A stretch of 64,000 nucleotides of DNA from Candidatus Hydrogenedentota bacterium (lineage in GTDB: Bacteria; Hydrogenedentota; Hydrogenedentia; Hydrogenedentales; SLHB01). The DNA is taken from positions 192,001 through 256,000 of the forward strand of contig CAXXYE010000008.1 of NCBI GenBank assembly GCA_963674865.2, written 5' to 3'. Shown here piece after piece: positions 1 to 8,600 of the stretch (its first letter is position 1; each line of letters begins with the position of its first letter). The position numbers were made by a program, and so were the translations under genes. The notes beneath the pieces were generated by a model. It was not told where the DNA came from and did no database searches. It worked only from the letters and a program-made list of their open reading frames with translations.

Positions 1-70
1 TATCATAAGTGTGGGGACGGCACGCAACGTCAGTCTTTTGGGGGCCGTCAAGAATGCGAAAGGATAAGGG

Positions 71-1084
71 ATGAATAGCGCTGGGAAGTCGGCAGGCTGG
101 ATTGTCGCCGGTGTTCTCCTGGCCGTGGCGGCCGCGGCACTGGGCTGGGGATACCATCAGAGCCGGAAAGTGGCCGAGTTGAGCGCCGAATTGGCGGATG
201 TCCAACTGGCGCAGGCGCAGGTGGTTGATCCGGAGCGCTTGGCTGAGGTCGAGCGTGAGGCGGCGGAGTTGGCGCGCAAGTTGGCCGATGCGGAACGGCG
301 CCTCCGCGAGATCGAAGGGGACAAGGCAGGAGAGGCGGCCCCGGAGGAGATAACGGCGGGGGACGCCTTGCAGAAGATGTTCCAGTCCTTTGCCGAGAAG
401 GCGGAAGAAGACGACGGCGACAGCGGCGGCGGGAATCCGTTCCTCAAGATGTACGAGGGCGAGGAAGGAAAGAAGATGGCGGCGTATGCCGCCCGCATGG
501 CCGTGGATATGCAGTACGGCGCGTTCTTCCAGGAGGCCGGGCTTTCACCGGAGGTCGAGCAGGAGGTCCGCGAGATTCTCGAACGCCACCTGGCCGATTC
601 GATCACGGCCGCCGCAGCCGCGCAAGGCTCGGGCGACAAGGCCGAAGCGCTGAAGAAGATCGAAGAGAACGCGAAGGCCAATCTGCAAACGGCGTTGAGA
701 GAGGTACTGAACCGCGATGAGTTGGCCGCATGGGAAGCCTACGAGGAAACCAAGGAAGAGCGCATGCTCGCCCAGAGCTACACCATGCAACTCACGATGT
801 TCGCGCCCGGGCTCTCCGAGGAGAACCGTGAAATCGCGCAGGAGGTGTTGGTGGAAGAGACACTCGCCGCGGGACTCGAGGGCGGAGGCATGCAGTCCGG
901 CGCCGACATGGCCGGGCAGCTTGAGAGTCACATGGCGGTGTTCGATCGCGCGCGCGAGCGCCTCGCGACGGCGCTCGACGAAGAGCAAATGGAGCAGTTC
1001 GATCGGTTTGTGGAGCGTCAGCGGGAGGCCCTTGATATGTTCGCCAACATGATGGGCCAGAAGCCGCAGGAAGACGAGAAATAG
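71..1084 (+). CDS. Membrane-anchored coiled-coil/helical hypothetical protein
   Basis: 337-aa ORF; upstream purine-rich RBS (aaggataaggg); N-terminal TM segment followed by an acidic coiled coil. Confidence 0.7.
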   Translation: MNSAGKSAGWIVAGVLLAVAAAALGWGYHQSRKVAELSAELADVQLAQAQVVDPERLAEVEREAAELARKLADAERRLREIEGDKAGEAAPEEITAGDALQKMFQSFAEKAEEDDGDSGGGNPFLKMYEGEEGKKMAAYAARMAVDMQYGAFFQEAGLSPEVEQEVREILERHLADSITAAAAAQGSGDKAEALKKIEENAKANLQTALREVLNRDELAAWEAYEETKEERMLAQSYTMQLTMFAPGLSEENREIAQEVLVEETLAAGLEGGGMQSGADMAGQLESHMAVFDRARERLATALDEEQMEQFDRFVERQREALDMFANMMGQKPQEDEK

Positions 1085-1209
1085 GCGAAGGCGGCGCGCA
1101 TAGGCCCGTGAGCGTTTCGCCGGCCAATGAGGCCGGGCCTAATGCGCGTTCTGAAAAACGCTGAATCCTAGCAGGGCGGATTGTAATCCGCCGATGCCGC
1201 CTAGTGGCC

Positions 1210-2082
1210 CTAGTCGGAATACAGCGCCAAGTTCGTCCTCATGTCTCGGGAGACGGCCTCCACCTCGGCGGAGCGGCCGGACTCGCGGTATAGCCGGGCC
1301 AAGTGCAGACAGGCGGCGCGGTACACGTCCAGCGCGGGGGCGCCGAGCGACTCCACCGCGTCGAGCGCAAGTTGCGCGCAATCCTTGTAGCAGGTTTCCG
1401 CATCCTGAAGGCGCCCTGCCGCCTCGTGAATCTTCCCGAGCATGATTCGCAGTTGCATGCCGGGCAGCGTGACGTCAGGCGATTCCAGCCCTGCCCGGAT
1501 CACCTCCTGAGCGCGCTCGCGTTCATCAAAGCGAAGCAAAACCTCGGCATGGGCCTGGCGTGCGGCATGGCGCTCCGAGGGGGAGTGGGCGGCGGCTTCC
1601 GCCGTGGCGAATGCCTGCTCGGCTGCTTCAAGCTGCGGGGGATCGGTTTGTGCGTGGAATCGGCCAAGGGCGGTGTAGATTTGGGAAACCTCCGCCGTGC
1701 TCGCCACGGTTGCGAGATAGCCTCGGAGTTCTTCGATCCCCTCTTCCGGTGAGGAAGCGACGGTGGCGGCCTGAATGACCTTCTCTTCCGGCGTGGCCTC
1801 AGGCCTCGTATCCGAGCGCAGACGCCGGGCGCGCAGGGCAAGGTCATCGCTTTCCCCGTCCTCGCGTGTCCCCTTGTCGGAAGACGTACCTTTCGGGGTA
1901 TAGGCCTCGCGCTTCGTCACCAGCGGCGTGGCCCGCTCGCGGGTCTTTCCCGCCTTGCCGAAGAATCGATGCTCGCGAATCGGCGAATCGCCCCCGGAAC
2001 TCATCCTGGCGGCAACGCCGATCACCAGCCCGAAACCCAGGAGGACGGCAACAACTACAACGATCTGCTGCTTGTTGCTCAT
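1210..2082 (-). CDS. Membrane-anchored tetratricopeptide-repeat-like protein
   Basis: Probable start at MSNKQQ (ATG 2082); N-terminal TM; TPR-like helices (IYTALGRFH...AEQAFATA, LGKIHEAAGRLQDAETCY). Confidence 0.65.
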   Translation of the reverse strand: MSNKQQIVVVVAVLLGFGLVIGVAARMSSGGDSPIREHRFFGKAGKTRERATPLVTKREAYTPKGTSSDKGTREDGESDDLALRARRLRSDTRPEATPEEKVIQAATVASSPEEGIEELRGYLATVASTAEVSQIYTALGRFHAQTDPPQLEAAEQAFATAEAAAHSPSERHAARQAHAEVLLRFDERERAQEVIRAGLESPDVTLPGMQLRIMLGKIHEAAGRLQDAETCYKDCAQLALDAVESLGAPALDVYRAACLHLARLYRESGRSAEVEAVSRDMRTNLALYSD

Positions 2083-2225
2083 CCCTTGTACGATAGCCAA
2101 CCATCGGGCAAAAGGCAAGCGGACTAGCGTCAAGAGCCGTCTGGCCTACCGGGTGAGCGGGATTCAGATGGTGAGTGCCATGGGAGCCCCCGAAAGCTCG
2201 CCGGACAGCGCCCCGCCCGGGACGC

Positions 2226-3662
2226 TCACCCCGCCAGCCAACGCCAGAGGCATGCGACGGCTCCGCAAATGACGACGCCAAAGCCGATAGGCATGAAGGT
2301 GGCGAGCGCTGTCCATTTGGCGCTCTTCGTTTCCTTCCAGATCGTGAAGATCGTCGTGGAGCACGGATTGTGGCACAGGCTGAAGAGCATCAGGCAGATC
2401 GCCGTCAGGGTAGTCCACCCTCCCTCGCGTAGCAGCATGGCGAGCGTCGAGTTCTCGCTCGTCTCGAACATCACTCCGGCGCCCTGTTCACCGACTCCCG
2501 TGATGCCCGTTGCCATGACGGTGAGCATGAGGATCGTCGGGATGACGATCTCATTTGCCGGGATGGCCACGATGTAGGCCACCATGATCACCCCGTTTAG
2601 GCCGATCGCCCAGCCGATCGGATCGAGTGTCCCGATGGCCCACTCGGCGATCGAGGTGTCTCCGACTTTTATGTTCGCAATGCTCCACAGAACGACCCCG
2701 GCTGGAGCCGCGAACACCACGGCGCGCCACAACACGATCAGGGTGCGATCAATCAACGATGTGTATAGCGTTCTCAGGATCTGCGGGGGCCGGTAGGGGG
2801 GGAGCTCCAAACTGAACGTGGATGCTTCGCCCTTCAGCACCGTTCGTGAGAGAAGCCACGAGGCCAGGAAAGTGAGCGCGACGCCGAGCAGGGCCACTCC
2901 CAACACAGATCCCGCTGCGACGAAACCCGCCAAAGCCGGGGAAGCCAGCGAGCCCAGAAAAACCGTCGCGAGAAGAATCTGCGTCGGCCAGCGGCCGTTG
3001 CACAACGCGAAGTTGTTCGTGATGATCGCGATAAGCCGTTCGCGAGGCGAATCGATCACGCGTGTGGCCACTACGCCGGCTGCGTTGCAGCCCCAGCCCA
3101 TGCTCATTGTGAGTGCCTGCTTGCCGTGCGCCCCCGCCCGCCGAAACAGGTTGTCGAGGTTGAACGCGACACGCGGCAGATAACCAAAGTCCTCTAATAG
3201 CGTGAAGAGCGGGAAAAAGATGGCCATCGGCGGGAGCATGACGCTGATCACCCAAGCTGTCGTCAGGTATAGGCCGTCAACCAGGACCCCGGATAACCAC
3301 CACGGCATCCGGAGCACGTCGGCGACGTGCTTGAGAAATGGGTGTCCCTTCTCCAGCAGCAAGGTGGCCAACAAGCCGGAGGGGACGTTGGCCCCCTCGA
3401 TGGTGAGCCACAGTACCAACGCCAGCAAGAGAACCATAGTCGGGAAACCCGTCCAACGGTTCGTCAGAAACCAGTCGAGCCGGCGCTCCCACGAGAGCCG
3501 ATGCGATGCCCCGCGCTGATCCACGTTCCGGGATGCAATGCGTGCGGACTCCGCGTAGATGTCTTCCACCCAGCGGTCGCGAACGCCTTGGGGAAGCTCC
3601 CATCGGAGCTTCTCGGCCTGTTTGACGATCTGGTCGCCTGTCATAGTCTTGTCACCGCCCAT
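2226..3662 (-). CDS. feoB: FeoB membrane (Gate/nucleoside-recognition) half of a split ferrous iron transporter
   Basis: FeoB motifs LEDFGYLPRVAF, MGWGCNAAG, SPRERL, LELPPYRPP, PANEIV, HNPC. Confidence 0.9.
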   Translation of the reverse strand: MGGDKTMTGDQIVKQAEKLRWELPQGVRDRWVEDIYAESARIASRNVDQRGASHRLSWERRLDWFLTNRWTGFPTMVLLLALVLWLTIEGANVPSGLLATLLLEKGHPFLKHVADVLRMPWWLSGVLVDGLYLTTAWVISVMLPPMAIFFPLFTLLEDFGYLPRVAFNLDNLFRRAGAHGKQALTMSMGWGCNAAGVVATRVIDSPRERLIAIITNNFALCNGRWPTQILLATVFLGSLASPALAGFVAAGSVLGVALLGVALTFLASWLLSRTVLKGEASTFSLELPPYRPPQILRTLYTSLIDRTLIVLWRAVVFAAPAGVVLWSIANIKVGDTSIAEWAIGTLDPIGWAIGLNGVIMVAYIVAIPANEIVIPTILMLTVMATGITGVGEQGAGVMFETSENSTLAMLLREGGWTTLTAICLMLFSLCHNPCSTTIFTIWKETKSAKWTALATFMPIGFGVVICGAVACLWRWLAG

Positions 3663-3671
3663 GTCCTCTTA

Positions 3672-4463
3672 CTACTTCGTGGCGTGGTCCTCTTGCAGAT
3701 TGCCGATCGCGCCGGACGCGACGGCCTCCGCGATCCGGGGGTCGCCTTCCAGGAGGCGCAAAGCAATCCAGTTGCGATGCGGGACGTTTGGATACGTCGC
3801 CTCAAGCGTCGCGGCAATCTCGTCGATCGCCTCGCGTAGGCCGGGGACCTCGTATTTCAGTCGGCGCGGGGTGCATGGGGTCCTCCCATTCGCCATATCG
3901 TCAATCTCTTTCACGAGCCGATCGATGCCGCGTCCGCGCCTTGCCGCGGCCAAGACGACGGGTACTCCCAGGTCGCGGGCCAGGCCCCGTTCGTCCACGC
4001 TGACGCCGTGCGCCTCCGCCTCGTCGATCAAGTTCACGCAGACAATGGCGCGGTCCGTGATCTGAAGCACCTGCAGAGCGAGGTTCAGATTTCTCTCGAT
4101 GCGCGTGGCGTCAACGACAACTATTGTGACGTCGGGCCGCCCGAACAGGATGAAGTCGCGGGCGACTTCCTCGTCATCCGTCGCGGACAGCAGGGAATAG
4201 GTGCCCGGAAGATCCACAAGCTTGTATCTCTTCCCGGCGAGCGAGAAGGCGCCCTCCGCACGGGCGATCGTCTTGCCGGGCCAGTTGCCCGTGTGCTGCC
4301 GCAAACCGGTGAGCGCATTGAAGATGGTGCTCTTGCCGGTGTTAGGGTTTCCGGCCAGCGCGATAACGTAGTCCGCCTGCCCAAGCCTCATCCCGAGCCT
4401 CTCCAGCTTCGAGACCTCGGCGACAGGGCAATTCTCGCAAGTAGAATGTGGGTGTTTATCCAT
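3672..4463 (-). CDS. feoB: FeoB N-terminal GTPase half
   Basis: G1 GNPNTGKS, TGNWPGKT, G3 DLPGTYSL, G4-like NLIDE; N-terminal CxxC. Confidence 0.9.
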   Translation of the reverse strand: MDKHPHSTCENCPVAEVSKLERLGMRLGQADYVIALAGNPNTGKSTIFNALTGLRQHTGNWPGKTIARAEGAFSLAGKRYKLVDLPGTYSLLSATDDEEVARDFILFGRPDVTIVVVDATRIERNLNLALQVLQITDRAIVCVNLIDEAEAHGVSVDERGLARDLGVPVVLAAARRGRGIDRLVKEIDDMANGRTPCTPRRLKYEVPGLREAIDEIAATLEATYPNVPHRNWIALRLLEGDPRIAEAVASGAIGNLQEDHATK

Positions 4464-5373
4464 CGGTTCTATCTCTCGTCTTGCGGATCAATACGCGTTC
4501 GGCCTGTTCTTGGCGGAGGGCGATGGAGGCCTCGCGAACGCGGTAGGCGATAGGATTGCCGGCCGGACTCACCAAGTCCACACTTATTTCGGTGCCCGGT
4601 ACCACTCCGAGGTCAAGTAGACGGCTTCGCTCCAGGCCGCGACACAGCGGAGAAAGGCCCACCACGGATGCCCGCTCGCTCTCCCCCAGGCTCGACAGCC
4701 GCTGCAGCGATTCGTCGAACCGCTCCCCTTCATCCAACGGCACCACCGTGATCTGTCTTGCCGCATCTTGGGAGAAGTCGAAAGCGCGCCCCTCCGCAAG
4801 AATCCGAAGGCCTCGCTCAGCCTTTTCTTCAACGCGCAGGACTGTTCCCGGCGCAATGCTGGCCGCAGCGATGATGGCATAGAGTCGGGGCGGCTCGTCT
4901 TCGACGTGAAACACACGCCCTTCCCAGCCCACCGGGTAATCCGTCAGCGGCCGGCCGCGCTTCGGGGGCATTGTCCCCGAAGCCGTCGGGATAGGGTCGC
5001 CATGCGGGTCGAACCGGGGATGATCCAGGTCGCGGGCGAGTCTATCGAGATCGGCTTCGGAGAGCTTGTGCTCCTCGACGTGCGCCTGCGTGTGCCACTG
5101 ATTCTCGCTGACACCAGTCTTCCGCGCCAGGTAGGTTTCATACAGACGGTGTGCTCTCAGAACGTGCAGGGCATACTCCCGCCCGCTCTGCGTCAGTCTA
5201 AGGGCGCCCTGCTCGACCAAATCCGCCGATTCCAGATCGTTGATCAGGCGGCCCATCTGATCCGGCGGCATGGAAAGCTCATCCGCGAGCAGTTCCCGGG
5301 AGATGGGGCGCCCATCGTACTCGCATTCAGCGAGATGCTTAAGCGTATCCTGGATGGCAATCTGTTCGTTCAT
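4456..5373 (-). CDS. DtxR/MntR-family metal-dependent regulator fused to FeoA-type SH3 domains
   Basis: RAHRLYETYL, HxEEH, DPHGDPIP (DtxR dimerisation domain); C-terminal RLLDLGVVPGTEI...SPAGNPIAYRVR (FeoA). Confidence 0.88.
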   Translation of the reverse strand: MNEQIAIQDTLKHLAECEYDGRPISRELLADELSMPPDQMGRLINDLESADLVEQGALRLTQSGREYALHVLRAHRLYETYLARKTGVSENQWHTQAHVEEHKLSEADLDRLARDLDHPRFDPHGDPIPTASGTMPPKRGRPLTDYPVGWEGRVFHVEDEPPRLYAIIAAASIAPGTVLRVEEKAERGLRILAEGRAFDFSQDAARQITVVPLDEGERFDESLQRLSSLGESERASVVGLSPLCRGLERSRLLDLGVVPGTEISVDLVSPAGNPIAYRVREASIALRQEQAERVLIRKTRDRTDG

Positions 5374-5542
5374 GAGATGTGTGGAGCCCCCACCAGCGCC
5401 GCATTATAGAGGGAAACACAACTCAAAGGCCGCAAATTCCGTCCCTTATTGAGTGAATACACCGAGCGAACAAGTCACGGCCATGCTATCGATACTGTCC
5501 GTGTGCTGCAACTTGCAGGCAGTGGCTGTGGCGCAACATCTG

Positions 5543-5572
5543 TTGACTTTCGCCCGCGGCGGCGCGTAGAGT
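5543..5572 (+). promoter_or_regulatory. Possible sigma70 promoter of the R-M gene
   Basis: TTGACT-18 bp-TAGAGT, about 55 bp upstream of ATG 5627. Confidence 0.35.
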
Positions 5573-5626
5573 CCGGAAGGGAACAAGACTAGCCAACTAC
5601 GCGGGGAGATCGAGGATGCCAAGCCC

Positions 5627-8600
5627 ATGAACGGGACGGGCGGCTCCATCAGGTCCAGCCATCGGGCGGTGAAAGCGTACTACGAGGCCCTGGCGGACTA
5701 CGCGGCGCAGAGCGTCGGCCACGAGACCGCCGTCCGCTCGGCTTTCCAGAACCTGTTGGCCGAGGCCGCCAAGAAACGCCATTGGACGCTCATCCCGGAG
5801 TTGGCGTCCGAGGGCCGGGGCCGGAGCCGCGTGGTACCGGACGGCACCATGCGGGACGAGTTTCTTATACCGCGCGGCTACTGGGAGGCTAAGGATACCG
5901 AGGACGACCTTGACGCGGAGATCGCGAAGAAGGCCGCCAAGGGCTATCCCCTCTCGAATATCATCTTTGAAGACACGCAGACGGGCGTCCTCTACCAAGA
6001 CGGCCACGAGGCGCTCCGCGTCGATCTCTCGAACAAGACTCAACTCGCCGAGCTGCTCAACGCCTTTCTGGCCTACTCGGAGCCGAACATCGACGAGTTC
6101 GAGAAAGCGGTCGCCGAGTTCAAAGAGCGCGTACCGGAACTGGCCCTCGGCCTCACGGCCAAGATCGCCGACGCCCATCGCGACAACAAAACCTTTATCG
6201 CCGCTTTCGAGGCCTTCTTCGAGGTGTGCAGGACCTCGCTCAATCCCAACCTGAGCCAGGCCGCCGTGGACGAGATGCTCGTCCAACACCTCCTCACCGA
6301 GCGGCTGTTCCGCACCATCTTCGCCAACTCGGATTTCACGCGCCGCAACGTCATCGCCGCCGAGGTCGAGCGCGTCATCGACGCCCTTGTGAGCAAGAGC
6401 TTTAACCGCGCCGAGTTCCTCAAGAGCCTCGACCGATTCTACGTCGCCATCGAAGACGCCGCCCGCGCCATCCAAGACTTCACCGACAAACAGCACTTCC
6501 TCAATACGGTTTACGAACGCTTCTTCCAAGGCTATTCCGTCAAGGTAGCCGACACCCACGGCATCGTCTACACGCCCCAGCCCATCGTGGATTTCATGTG
6601 CGCCAGCGTCGCGGAAGTCCTCGAAACCGAGTTCGGCAAGCCGCTCGGCAGCTCCGGTGTCCAGATCCTCGATCCCTGCACCGGCACCGGCAACTTCGTC
6701 GTCAACCTGCTCCGCCGCATTCCCAAGCCGGATCTGCCGCGCATGTACCGCGAACAGCTCTTCGCCAACGAGGTCATGCTCTTGCCGTACTACATCGCCG
6801 CGCTCAACATCGAGCACGCCTATTTCGAGCTGACCGGCCAGTACGAGCCGTTCGAGGGGCTCTGCTTCGTCGATTCGCTCGATATGGCCGAGCACGCCCA
6901 GGGCGAGTTCGGATTCATGACCGAAAAGAACACGGCCCGCGTCGAGCGGCAAAAGGCCGCGCCGATCACCGTCATCATCGGCAATCCGCCGTACAATGTC
7001 GGCCAACTCAACGAAAACGACAACAACAAGAACCGCAAGTATCCCGTCATCGATCGGCGCATCCATGACACCTACGCCGCCGACTCGAAGGCCAGCAACA
7101 AGAACGCCCTGTCGGACGCGTACGTGAAGTTCTTCCGCTGGGCCGCCGATCGCCTTGAAGGCCGCGACGGCATCGTCTGCTTCGTGTCGAACAACAGCTT
7201 CGTGGACCAACTCGCCTTTGACGGCATGCGCAAGCACCTCGTTGCCGACTTCACGCACATCTACCACATCGACCTCCACGGCAACGTGCGCAAGAATCCT
7301 GGCCTCAGCGGCACGACGCACAATGTTTTCGGAATCCAGGTCGGCGTGGGCGTCACGGTGGCGGTGCGGAAGCGGCAAGCGAAGCCGGTGAGCAAGCCTG
7401 GCCTCTACTACCACCGTGTGCCTGAGGATTGGCGCAAGGAAGAGAAACTCCATTGGCTCATGGGCCGCAAGAGCATCAACGGTCTACGTGACGCAGGCAT
7501 CTTGCCTGATCCCGAAGGCGCTGCTCCGCGAACATGTAGCGCAGGCGTCCCGCCTGCTTGCGAAGGCGCTGCTCCGCGAACACGTAGCGCAGGCGTCCCG
7601 CCTGCTTGCGAAGGCGCTGCTCCGCGAACACGTAGCGCAGGCGTCTCGCCTGCTCCCGAGGACATCGCTCCGCCGATTCAGAATGCAGGCGAGGACGCCT
7701 GCGTTACGATCAGGGATAGAGGTTACCTTCCCCATTGGCACAGCCCGGACCCCGCCAAGATCTATTACGTCACGTTCCGCTTGGGCGACTCCCTTCCCGC
7801 GGCGCTTCTCGCAGAGCTTGACGGGGAACGTGAGCGCTTGATCAACCGCGCGCAGCAAGAGAACAGACCGCTGTCCAAGGCGGATCGCGCTGAGATGGAC
7901 CGCCTGTTTTCGGAGCGGATCGAGCAGTTCCTTGACGCCGGCTCCGGCGCGTGTCATCTTGGCAAGCCCGCCGTGGCGGCCATGCTCCGAGACGTCCTTT
8001 TGCATTTCGATGGCGAACGCTACGATATCCACGCGTGGGCCATCATGCCCAATCACGTGCATCTGCTGCTCAATTGCCGCCCGGGACATGAACTTTCGAA
8101 CAATTTGCACTCGATCAAGTCATTTTCCGCGAAACAGGCCAACAAGATGCTCGGTCGCCGCGGCAAGTTCTGGCAGACGGAGTCGTACGACCATATTGTC
8201 CGCAACGAGGAAGAATATAACCGCATCCTCAAGTACATCATCGAGAATCCGCAGGCCGCAGGCTTGGCGGATTGGCCCTGGGTAGGCATCTTGCCTGCCC
8301 GGCCTGCAGGCGAGGACGCCTGCGCTACAGGCAACGCAACTATCCTGCCTGTCCGGCCTGCAGGCGAGGACGAGTTTCGTAACGCAGCTATCTTGCCTGT
8401 CCGTTCTGCAGGCGAGGACGCCTGCGCTACATCCCATGCGGGGGAGGACGATTTTCGTAACGCAGGCATCTTGCCTGCTCCGTCTGTGGGCGGGGACGCC
8501 TGCGCTACAGCGGCGTGGCGCCAACTTGTGCCCGACGCGGACCACACGTGGCTTGTGCCCGAAGACGCGGGCCAATTCGCCAAGTTCATCCCCATCGGCA

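Larger units (their letters stand above)
7488..8508 (+). mobile_element. REPtron (REP cluster + RAYT + REP cluster) inserted in frame in the R-M gene
   Basis: GTRR-tagged hairpins on both sides of a Y1 transposase domain; host sequence reads ...KSINGL before and AWRQLVPDADHTWL after. Confidence 0.88.

Noticed and set aside
3662..3672. feoB pseudogene
   Set aside because: Both halves are intact and the second has its own RBS and ATG
5597..7453. 618-aa antisense ORF, and similar long shadow ORFs such as 21168-22586, 22849-24087 and 32780-34021
   Set aside because: These mirror well-supported genes on the opposite strand, which is common in high-GC DNA; they have no recognisable motifs
7513..7656. 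Regularly spaced palindromic repeats as a CRISPR array
   Set aside because: The spacers are identical, the units are translated in frame, they carry REP tags, and no cas genes are present
7709..8281. IS200/IS605 insertion sequence
   Set aside because: No tnpB; multiple GTAG-type REPs instead of single subterminal hairpins; the motifs fit RAYT
7488..8508. Insert as an intein or self-splicing intron
   Set aside because: No N-terminal C/S block with a C-terminal HN-C/S/T; no LAGLIDADG or RT domain; the core is an HUH-Y1 transposase
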